Shown: in pieces, positions 1-9,462 of the stretch | Layout of the letters: each line of letters begins with the position of its first letter | Position numbering within the stretch: position 1 is the stretch's first letter | Source: Octopus bimaculoides | Lineage: Eukaryota | Assembly (NCBI RefSeq): GCF_001194135.2 | Contig: NC_068989.1 | Span: forward strand, 68,128,777-68,164,538 | Reading direction: 5' to 3' | Length of the DNA: 35,762 bases | Notes under the pieces: model-generated | Seen by the model: only the letters and a program-made list of their open reading frames with translations | What the model was told of the DNA's origin: nothing | The model's database searches: none | Translations under genes and position numbers: made by a program

Positions 1-79
<79 letters not shown>

Positions 80-95
80 CATCATCATCATCATC
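1..95. repeat. (TTA)n microsatellite grading into (TCA)n
   Basis: Direct reading. Confidence 0.98.
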
Positions 96-269
96 CCTGA
101 TATCACTAATATTAATGTTTTATGCGTAGTAGCAGCAGTGGTTGCAGCAACAGCAACAGTAACAGAGTGGCTTAGTGGTAAGGGTGGTAGTTGTGCCTCA
201 GATTCCTGTGCTATCATAATAGTAGCAGTTGTAGTATTATTGTAGTATTAGTATTATTTAGTATTAGCA

Positions 270-1000
270 GGAAATTGAAGATATTCCAGTCTTTGGGAAT
301 AGTAGGAGGGAGAGACGTTCACCTTGTTGGATTTTTGAATTTCTGAATTTGTTTTTCTTTTTCTTTTGGAAATCTTCTTTTCTTTTTAAAAGTTTTGCTG
401 TGGTTTACAGCTTTTGTAGTTGTGCAGTATGTATATATTGGCAGGTGCTTACTCCATTAATTTTTATCGTGCATTTAATTGTGTTGTTACAATAAAAGGC
501 ATATTTACATATTCTGTTAGTCAAGGAAGAAGGGAAAACCAAATGTTCACACAGAATTGGAGATATTAAAGTTTTTGAGATGTTCGTTTGTATGTCCGTT
601 CAGAGAAAACTGTGATGTTTTTTTACAATAAAAAGGATGTTTACATTTTCGAATATTCAGGGAAAAGGGAACTGAAAGACAAGGAAGGTAGAATTTTTTT
701 TCACGGAAAATTGTAGATATGAAGTTTTTAAAAGTTACTGGAGATGATCTTTGGTCTGTCCGAACAGAGAAAACTGTAGTGTTCTTGGAATAAAGAAGAT
801 GTTTACGTTTTTGAATACTCAAAGGGAAAGGAAATGATAAGTATTCACAGAAGGTGTAGATATTAAATGTCTTAAAGCTAATTGTTTATGTGTTCGAAAG
901 CTGTAGATATGTAAGTTCCTTAACTTAATTTGAGGGAAATTCAAAATACTCACAGGAAACTGTAGATATTCCAGTATTTTAGAGTTATTTTTCAGTTGTC
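270..1000. repeat. Degenerate tandem array (about 135-165 bp units plus shorter sub-repeats)
   Basis: The block TGTTTAC..TT.GAATA.TCA.GGGAAA recurs at about 504, 639 and 800. Variants of (A)ACTGTAGATATT recur at about 274, 556, 607, 709, 771, 853, 900 and 958. Confidence 0.7.
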
Positions 1001-1092
1001 CTGCTGGGTTGTGTTAGTGTTTTTGTGTCTTCAGCTGCAGACAGGTCAGAGTAGCGAAGAACAGGTCTAGCCGCTGACACGTCCAGCCTTGT

Positions 1093-1102
1093 TATTATTA
1101 TG

Positions 1103-1167
<65 letters not shown>
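1093..1167. repeat. (TTA)n microsatellite
   Basis: Direct reading. Confidence 0.98.
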
Positions 1168-1168
<1 letters not shown>

Positions 1169-1238
1169 GTTGTTTTTGCTGTTGTTGCTGTTGTATTTTA
1201 TTATTTATTTTTAATTGTATGTTTTTACAACAACTTAC

Positions 1239-1370
1239 AACACTCAACATAAGGACTTCGCTTTTGTCCATTTATGAAAGTCTCAGTATTAATCGTCATC
1301 TTGCTAGAGAATTTATCTTGATATATCCGAATCTTTCTATCTTTAGTGGCTCTTATGACAAGCAAGTTTC
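1239..1370 (-). CDS. Candidate internal exon (phase 1-1), product unknown
   Basis: Acceptor ttcttaattgatttcaatag|G and consensus donor T|GTAAGT. 132 nt with one open frame: (G)NLLVIRATKDRKIRIYQDKFSSKMTINTETFINGQKRSPYVEC. No family recognised. Confidence 0.45.
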
Positions 1371-1731
1371 CTATTGAAATCAATTAAGAAATCATCACTG
1401 AAACCATTGATCGATAGATTCATCCGATACACAACGGTACGTTTAGGATTAATTGTAAAATGATTTATTAAGTGACATTGATTTTTGTATGCAATTAAAC
1501 TCTTATAAGTTGTCGAAAGGTGAGTAATTAATGACTAAGTACAAAAGAACATACAAGGTTTTAAATACAGATTACGTAAAACGTTTTAAATGCAGCTTAC
1601 ATGATTCAGTTTTCTCATAGCGTATCTCAGATATATATAAATAGTAGACGCGTGCACAAACATATAAACATACATACATATGCTATAATATGTACTAGTA
1701 CACGTGTTGCCACATACGCATACGTATGTCA

Positions 1732-1778
<47 letters not shown>

Positions 1779-2149
1779 CATATGCATACATATATAAATC
1801 TACAAGCTATATACATACATACATACATGCGTATGAATATGTATATATACAAATGCATCCCTACCCCTCCCTTACCCTTGCTTCTTCGCTCTCACTTCCC
1901 CCACACCCCACACTACTACCACACCACCACACCACTCCAAATCACACGATACCGTACACACTAGAACTGACCACTTCCCTGTACGCATACCATCATCCAA
2001 ACACCTACACATGCACACACGCACACATCAAGATCACCAGCCCCTTCCACACGCACATACACGCTCTCACATACACACGCACGCGCAACTACGTTTTTGG
2101 GATCACCAGTACTTTATTATCTCCACTTCTTTCTAGCTCTTCTGTGTGA

Positions 2150-2361
2150 CCCCATTGTCCGGCATTCGCCATGATAGATCACTAGCCACTAAACCTTTTT
2201 CTATTTTCTCTTCCTGTTTATTTCTGTGTTCCTTTCTGTCGAAGAGCGTAGGCTCGAAACGTAAAAGACTTTCTCACTTCCCGCGCGTTAAACTAATACA
2301 TTTGGTTGTTGTTTACATATCCGCCTTCGTCTTTTGCCTTATTGTAAATTCTCACCATATA
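2150..2361 (+). mobile_element. Penelope-like (PLE) terminal-repeat fragment, copy 1
   Basis: Shares hammerhead motif, ..CTAATACA.. block and T-rich end running into a microsatellite with 3590-3790 and 35520-35745. The C/A-rich 1855-2150 probably belongs to it. PLE assignment is inferred from the hammerhead. Confidence 0.6.
2232..2267 (+). ncRNA. Minimal type I hammerhead ribozyme-like motif (A6U core variant)
   Basis: cttt-CTGTCGA-A-GAGC-gtag-GCTC-GAAA-CG-TA-aaag. Stem I cttt/aaag, stem II GAGC/GCTC, palindromic ACGT helix III, predicted GUA cleavage after 2263. Confidence 0.65.
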
Positions 2362-2530
2362 TACAAACACACACACACACACACACACGCACACACACAC
2401 ACACACACACAAACAGACAGACACACACACACACAAACAAACAAACAGACACACACACACACATGTAAACACACACACACATACATATATATATCTATAG
2501 ATAGATATTTATACATATACATAAATATAA
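2362..2530. repeat. (CA)n/(TA)n compound microsatellite
   Basis: Direct reading. Confidence 0.95.
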
Positions 2531-2896
2531 ATCTACATGCATATATGTATATATATACATGAATACATATACATACAACCATACACCTACATATATGAAC
2601 ACAGTAACTTCTGCTCTTTTATACAATTACCACACAGTGTACATTCATATACACACACTTACACATATACGCATACACAGAGAAAAACACACACACACAT
2701 TTGTGTATATGTATATAAAATAAATCGTTTTTAATAGTGGAACTTGAAGTAGATAAAGTTATAAATAATAGCATATAAAACACCGGATTATTTAACCCAA
2801 TATTCAACTTGATGTTATTTATAGTTTTATCTACTTCGGGTTCCACCGTTAAAAGTTATGTCGCATATCTCTTAATGTTTTCAATTTGTTCATGTA

Positions 2897-2936
<40 letters not shown>

Positions 2937-3589
2937 ATATAGGATANNNNNNNNNNNNNNNNNNNNNNNNNNNNNNNNNNNNNNNNNNNNNNNNNNNNNN
3001 NNNNNNNNNNNNNNNNNNNNNNNNNNNNNNNNNNNNNNNNNNNNNNNNNNNNNNNNNNNNNNNNNNNNNNNNNNNNNNNNNNNNNNNNNNNNNNNNNNNN
3101 NNNNNNNNNNNNNNNNNNNNNNNNNNNNNNNNNNNNNNNNNNNNNNNNNNNNNNNNNNNNNNNNNNNNNNNNNNNNNNNNNNNNNNNNNNNNNNNNNNNN
3201 NNNNNNNNNNNNNNNNNNNNNNNNNNNNNNNNNNNNNNNNNNNNNNNNNNNNNNNNNNNNNNNNNNNNNNNNNNNNNNNNNNNNNNNNNNNNNNNNNNNN
3301 NNNNNNNNNNNNNNNNNNNNNNNNNNNNNNNNNNNNNNNNNNNNNNNNNNNNNNNNNNNNNNNNNNNNNNNNNNNNNNNNNNNNNNNNNNNNNNNNNNNN
3401 NNNNNNNNNNNNNNNNNNNNNNNNNNNNNNNNNNNNNNNNNNNNNNNNNNNNNNNNNNNNNNNNNNNNNNNNNNNNNNNNNNNNNNNNNNNNNNNNNNNN
3501 NNNNNNNNNNNNNNNNNNNNNNNNNNNNNNNNNNNNNNNNTATATATATAGCTTTTATCACGTATTTAGAAACTTTGAGAGATATGAAA

Positions 3590-3788
3590 GAATGTAACTA
3601 CACGAGTTCCGTTGGCGATTTATTTTCCATTTTTGAACTGTTCCCTTCCTCTTTTCCGACGAAGAGCTGTGCTCGAAACGTCAAACTCTTCTTTCACCAA
3701 GCATCGAGCTAATACATTTCTTGTGCACGTCTTTACGTTCATTCTTGTTTTCGTCTTTTCATTTGTTTCTTTTTAAATTTGAATTGAC

Positions 3789-3790
<2 letters not shown>
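3590..3790 (+). mobile_element. Penelope-like terminal-repeat fragment, copy 2 (diverged)
   Basis: Hammerhead motif, ctaatacattt block and ttcgtctttt block collinear with copy 1. Ends in (TG)n at 3791-3846. Confidence 0.55.
3653..3685 (+). ncRNA. Minimal type I hammerhead ribozyme-like motif (U4C variant)
   Basis: ttt-CCGACGA-A-GAGC-tgt-GCTC-GAAA-CG-TC-aaa, predicted GUC cleavage after 3682. Confidence 0.6.
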
Positions 3791-3849
<59 letters not shown>

Positions 3850-5388
3850 ACACATACACACACGCACATACGGTTATATATAATATTTTACTTGCATGAA
3901 GTAACAATGATGTTTATATTTCAGAGTACACTGTCTTGTTACACATACTGATATTTTCAAAATCTTTAAATACACCTGCATTCAAATATATTTGTAAAAT
4001 TGTTATTTGTAAAATTATTGCGAATCCTACTTTCCTCAAAGAGATGAAATGCAAATCCCATCTGGCAAGTTTTAAAATTTTGACGCGGAAAACTCCGAAA
4101 TTGATGTATAGTTAAAGGACGTTTTTAATAAGGTGCCTTAACGAGATTACTTTCTTCTGATTAGTACACGGATTAGTACATGATTTAGTACATGGAAAGC
4201 TGATTGTCACTCTAAAAACAATTATATAAATCGTAATTTATGTAATCAAAGATGTAAAAACAGCGTTGCGAATTCAATTTATAAAATATGGTGCGAATCA
4301 CTCGCATAGAGAGTGATATCATTTCTACTGAGATTTGGCGCATCTTGTAGGTTTTGATTAAGTACAAATACAATATCAATTTGTTCGATTGTCAGCCACA
4401 GACTTTTAAGTAATTTACATTATGATGAGTGATGTACTTCAACACATCTTAGCCCCTGGAGTGTCGTGTCTTGTCTAGGTTTTACATTAATCACTTCACG
4501 TTATTTACGTTTATAAAGACTTTACGAAAATGCATGTACTTCGATTACTATGTTAAAATTTACGTGTTGGTTAGTCGTTCAAAATGAATAAGATAGTGTG
4601 ATAAAAAAAACTACCTTTAATTGCTCGTAGATTGTAAGTCTGTGTTTTAGAATCAACAGTGAAAGTTCATAATCGAAATATTAAAAGTCCTTTCGTTTTC
4701 TCTGATTCATCCCCATATGAATATCATTACAATAAATGTGTGTTCAAATTTGTTAAATAAAATAATCTAACGGAATGAATGAATACAACACTAGAATAGC
4801 CCTTTGCTTATGCTGGTTTTATCTTTTATCTTTTGCTTGTTCATAAAAGAAATAGATACTATGCTCGCGTCCCGTCGCACCGTTATCAGGTTTGAAAGGA
4901 AGTTGTGCACTAAAGAGGGCACACTAAAGAACTTCCCCCAAACAAATTCATCCACAAAACCAGGTGCAATAAATCATTTTATTATTTTATTTTCCCTCAA
5001 AAGAACTAGAAGGGATATCAAATGTAAGATGTTGAGTCAATGTCAAACATCTCTTGTATAAAGATAGAGAAAATCACTACTTATAGCGAGATATAGTTTG
5101 ACCGTTTGAGCGTACGAGTTCACTTTAATGGGCGCGATTTAATGTCACTGTACCCATGGAAGACGATACTCAAGGTTTTGTATTTCCGGCTAGCTAATTA
5201 ACAGAAGCAGCCTTATTTCCAGCCATAAACACAAAACCACGTAGACCCCTGCTTTTGCGGAGAAGAGTCAAGCGGAATCGGGACTGAGAGTTATTGCATT
5301 TTAGTTCTGTAGTATCAAGTGGAATAAAAACAAAGCAATTGCGATTATTATTGTTTACGTTTGACAAATATAAGCATTGTCTATTTAC

Positions 5389-5583
5389 TTTCAGTCGTAA
5401 TTGTAATTTATCTAAAAGCCATGTGTCACCAGACATATGTTCTATATGATTATAAAATTTCTCAACCGACATGTCATTAAACCGATGGTAATCATTTTCC
5501 TGGTAACATAATACATACTTAGCATTAACTTCGACGACAAAACATTGTCGTTCATCTGCGAGCGAGTGGGCGTCGAAGAAGAA
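5389..5583 (-). CDS. Candidate exon (phase 0-0), product unknown
   Basis: Pyrimidine tract plus CTAAT branch-like motif and ttgctag| acceptor; donor AAA|GTAAAT. 65 codons: FFFDAHSLADERQCFVVEVNAKYVLCYQENDYHRFNDMSVEKFYNHIEHMSGDTWLLDKLQLRLK. The frame stays open to 5194 (130 codons). Confidence 0.38.
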
Positions 5584-5790
5584 CTAGCAAGTCAAGCATT
5601 AGGGAAAGATTGATGAGAAAAAGATTTCAAAAGGAAATAACGTAGATATAAGAAAACTATCGGCTACAAAAAGACGAGTAAGTTTCCATATTTACTGGTT
5701 CTGACAATTCATATACGTCTAATATATCCGTATATGTCTAATCAGAGGTCCCATGATTATCGTCCTCCTCCACAAGAGAAACACGCATAC

Positions 5791-5867
5791 ATGTACTCCC
5801 CAAAAGAAATTTAATTGACATAACGCAGTTTGATTGATTTCTTTCATTGCTTGTAAATCATTAAAGT
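5791..5867 (-). CDS. Candidate exon (phase 1-0)
   Basis: ctctcatttttctcag| acceptor and CAT|GTATGC donor. Encodes xFNDLQAMKEINQTALCQLNFFWGVH and is phase-compatible with 5389-5583. Confidence 0.33.
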
Positions 5868-6108
5868 CTGAGAAAAATGAGAGTAGTAATTACTGAAGTT
5901 TTCTGCTAAGAGGCAAATCTAAAATACTTAAAATGAAAGCGAACTTGAACGTAGTCATGTAGTTAATGAAAAATCATAAAATTAAATTGCTTCCCATTTA
6001 TACTCACAAACACAGAAATACATACATATACACGCGTATGCATATATACATGTGTGTGTGTGTGTGTGTGCTCATAGAGTTTTCGTCAACCAAACAAATT
6101 CCGCTCAC

Positions 6109-6175
6109 AATGCATTATGAAGCCAAGTCTGTTATAAAAGAAATATACCCAAGTTGTCAAGTAGTGGAATCGAAA
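6109..6175 (-). CDS. Candidate exon ending in phase 1 (alternative acceptor at 6128)
   Basis: ATT|GTGAGC donor; acceptors tttccag| or tttcttttataacag|. Encodes FRFHYLTTWVYFFYNRLGFIMH and is phase-compatible with 5791-5867. Confidence 0.22.
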
Positions 6176-6959
6176 CTGGAAATGCATTCGTGTAGATTAT
6201 ATTTTTCACGAATATATATATTTTTTTCAACCACTTGATTCTTTTTTCTTTCACAAAACTGGGAAAAATACATATATATATATATACACAGACAGATATG
6301 TATATGTGTATACACACATACATACATACAAACGTATATATATATATATANNNNNNNNNNNNNNNNNNNNNNNNNNNNNNNNNNNNNNNNNNNNNNNNNN
6401 NNNNNNNNNNNNNNNNNNNNNNNNNNNNNNNNNNNNNNNNNNNNNNNNNNNNNNNNNNNNNNNNNNNNNNNNNNNNNNNNNNNNNNNNNNNNNNNNNNNN
6501 NNNNNNNNNNNNNNNNNNNNNNNNNNNNNNNNNNNNNNNNNNNNNNNNNNNNNNNNNNNNNNNNNNNNNNNNNNNNNNNNNNNNNNNNNNNNNNNNNNNN
6601 NNNNNNNNNNNNNNNNNNNNNNNNNNNNNNNNNNNNNNNNNNNNNNNNNNNNNNNNNNNNNNNNNNNNNNNNNNNNNNNNNNNNNNNNNNNNNNNNNNNN
6701 NNNNNNNNNNNNNNNNNNNNNNNNNNNNNNNNNNNNNNNNNNNNNNNNNNNNNNNNNNNNNNNNNNNNNNNNNNNNNNNNNNNNNNNNNNNNNNNNNNNN
6801 NNNNNNNNNNNNNNNNNNNNNNNNNNNNNNNNNNNNNNNNNNNNNNNNNNNNNNNNNNNNNNNNNNNNNNNNNNNNNNNNNNNNNNNNNNNNNNNNNNNN
6901 NNNNNNNNNNNNNNNNNNNNNNNNNNNNNNNNNNNNNNNNNNNNNNNNNNNNNNNNNNN

Positions 6960-6995
<36 letters not shown>

Positions 6996-7589
6996 CATGC
7001 ATACATAGCAATATATATATATTTATATAGATATATATATATATATACATACATAGCGATATATATATGTATATTTGTATATATATTTATATATGTATAT
7101 GCGTGTATAAATATTTATTTGCATATGTGTATACACACGCATATATTATCATTATCAGTTGACCTCAGACGATTCTATAACACCTTTCTCTACATCCTAC
7201 TGTCTTTTTCACATATGAAGACTGATATGAGAACCAGATTTTATAACAGTATCCTCTTTGAGCATTTTTCGAGAAATCTTCATTCCTGCTACTCTGCGTC
7301 GTTTACCTCCTGATAATGCTCAAAATTAAAATATGTATGTGTATATGCAGGTACGAATGTATTAATGTATACACTGCAGCTCAAAAAGGACGATAAATAA
7401 TTACGCATAGTTACTTATGTTTCTGGCTGAAATTGTCATTAAGCCAAAAATTCCTACACGGTACAGTTAAAAAAATTTCCTTTTCTCACAGTAACATTTA
7501 ATTCGAAATTGCTGTATTCTAATTTATATGTATTTTATGGTTTAATAACCGTATTTTTTTGCGTAGGTTTTGATTGTATTTCTAGTGAA

Positions 7590-8230
7590 TTTTTATGATT
7601 ATTGAATTTTTTCCACAGATTTCTTTCAGATTTCCTAAGTTTCTGCTATATTTTTGTATTGAAAATGACGAAGAATTCGCATGATTTTCGTGGGTGGTTT
7701 TATCGAAAGCGTTTGCTGACATCTCATGATGAATCAATTTTTGCTACTTATTCAATATTCAGTTATGGAAGTCTGCATATTGATAGAATCGTTGCATCGT
7801 CATATAAAATCACATGTACTATTTCTTCCGCCTTCATACTTTCTGGTTTCAATCCCCTTGGGTTCCCTTTTGCTTTTAATCTTTTCGTGGACTGCCATCG
7901 ACTTCGGTACCATCAAATAATGAGGTCAGAAATAAGGGACAGAATTATTAATGCCAAGGTTCTCCCCATTTATTGCCTTATTGACGGTTTCTGCCTGAAT
8001 CAGACGCCATTATAATGGAAGATAGAGTGTACTGAATATACTTAAATCGTCGGTGAAAATGTATTGTATTATTCAATTAAGGGTCTTTTCGTTTTTCGTT
8101 GAAATCCTCCTGAGGTGAACATTGCTTGTCATCCTTCCTCGAATATAAATACACTTCATAATCGAGGATCCAATGAAGCTATAGGGTGTTATTCAGGCAC
8201 TCAACTATAAGTCTACTGTATCTTATAGCA
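7590..8230 (-). pseudogene. Heavily decayed mariner transposase relic
   Basis: Minus frames give IQYIFTDDL (cf. mariner VQSILTDDL) and QS..KAKGNPRGLK..ILYDDATILSICRLP (cf. QS.QWK.KGSPRPKK..VFWDAEGILLIDYLP). Many stops and frameshifts. Confidence 0.55.
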
Positions 8231-8483
8231 GAAACGGCTGTAACCTAATGAAGTTCATAACATAACTGTTTTTCTGTTTTTTCTCCTTTGTCATCTCATT
8301 TTCTTATTAACTCTTTATACTCGTCTAGAATTCGTTCTGAAACATATGTATATTGAGTTCTACACCAGGTTATTTGTCTCGCAATGCCTAAGCGAAATAT
8401 ATATACAGTATATATATATATGTACCTATATATGTATGTGTGTGTGTGTGTGTGTGAGTGTGTGTGTGTGTGTGTGTATGTAT

Positions 8484-8592
8484 GCATGCCTTTGTGTTTG
8501 TTCCTACCACCCCGCTTGACAACCGGTGAAAGTTTCTTTTCGTCCTCGTAACGTGATGCTCCTCTGAAAATAGACAATAGAACAAGTAGCAA
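8484..8592 (+). mobile_element. 3' half fragment of bipartite microsatellite-containing SINE (family B)
   Basis: gtgtttgttcc..cgcttgacaaccggtg..gtcctcgtaac directly after (TG)n; similar to 9255-9462. Confidence 0.5.
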
Positions 8593-8645
8593 ACTCCCTC
8601 CCTTCTTCTTCCTCCCTTTCTCCTCTCTATCTTCCTCTCTTTCTA

Positions 8646-8860
8646 TCCTCCTCCTCCTCCTCCTCCTCCTCACCCTTCTCCTCATCATCATTGTCTCATC
8701 CTTTTTATCCTCATCGTCTCACTCTCCTCTTCCACCTCTTTCCCCTCCTCCTCCTCCACCTCTTTCCCCTCCTCCTCCTCCACCTCTTCCCCTCTTCCTT
8801 CTCCTCCTCCTCCTCATCATCCTCCTCCTCCTCCTCCTCATCATCATCCTCATCATCATC
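8646..8860. repeat. (CCT)n/(TCA)n tract with internal 24-bp tandem repeat
   Basis: tccacctctttcccctcctcctcc about 2.7 copies at 8730-8795. Confidence 0.9.
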
Positions 8861-9254
8861 GTTTTTGTTTATCAGTTATTATTTATGGCAGGCACATTAT
8901 GACCGAAGAGATNNNNNNNNNNNNNNNNNNNNNNNNNNNNNNNNNNNNNNNNNNNNNNNNNNNNNNNNNNNNNNNNNNNNNNNNNNNNNNNNNNNNNNNN
9001 NNNNNNNNNNNNNNNNNNNNNNNNNNNNNNNNNNNNNNNNNNNNNNNNNNNNNNNNNNNNNNNNNNNNNNNNNNNNNNNNNNNNNNNNNNNNNNNNNNNN
9101 NNNNNNNNNNNNNNNNNNNNNNNNNNNNNNNNNNNNNNNNNNNNNNNNNNNNNNNNNNNNNNNNNNNNNNNNNNNNNNNNNNNNNNNNNNNNNNNNNNNN
9201 NNNNNNNNNNNNNNNNNNNNNNNNNNNTATATATATATATGTATGCATGTATGT

Positions 9255-9462
9255 TTGAGTCTGTGTTCGTCCCCACCAGTATCAGTGTGTTTATGCCTCC
9301 ACAATCTATCGGTTTGACAAAAGAGAGCGGTAGAATAAGTACCAGGCTAAAAGTGATATAAGTCCTGGGGTCGATTTGTTCGACTAAAATCCCTTCAAGC
9401 CGGCGCCCCAGCATGGCCGCAGTCAAATGACTGAAACAAGTGAAAGATAAAAGATGAAAGAT
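9255..9462 (+). mobile_element. 3' half of SINE family B
   Basis: ..agaataagtaccaggct..agtcctggggtcgatttgttcgactaaa..ccagcatggccgcagtcaaatgactgaaacaag followed by an (aaagat)-type tail. Confidence 0.75.

Noticed and set aside
5194-5583. IL-1/beta-trefoil resemblance (LRLK..CLYLSNV..RF versus IL-1beta LGLK..NLYLSCV..RF) and mariner-like FFD..VNAKY
   Set aside because: Only a few identities; the IL-1 signature FES..P.W is absent and the ORF ends too early. Several unrelated folds fit equally well by eye.
5512-5613. Plus-strand peptide INFDDKTLSFICERVGVEEELASQALGKD, SPRY- or UBA-like
   Set aside because: Exact antisense register of the better-supported minus frame; weak acceptor; too short
7213-7320. 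Minus peptide [10 protein letters not shown] resembling an ABC signature
   Set aside because: Stop after about 30 codons, with no Walker B or other ABC context
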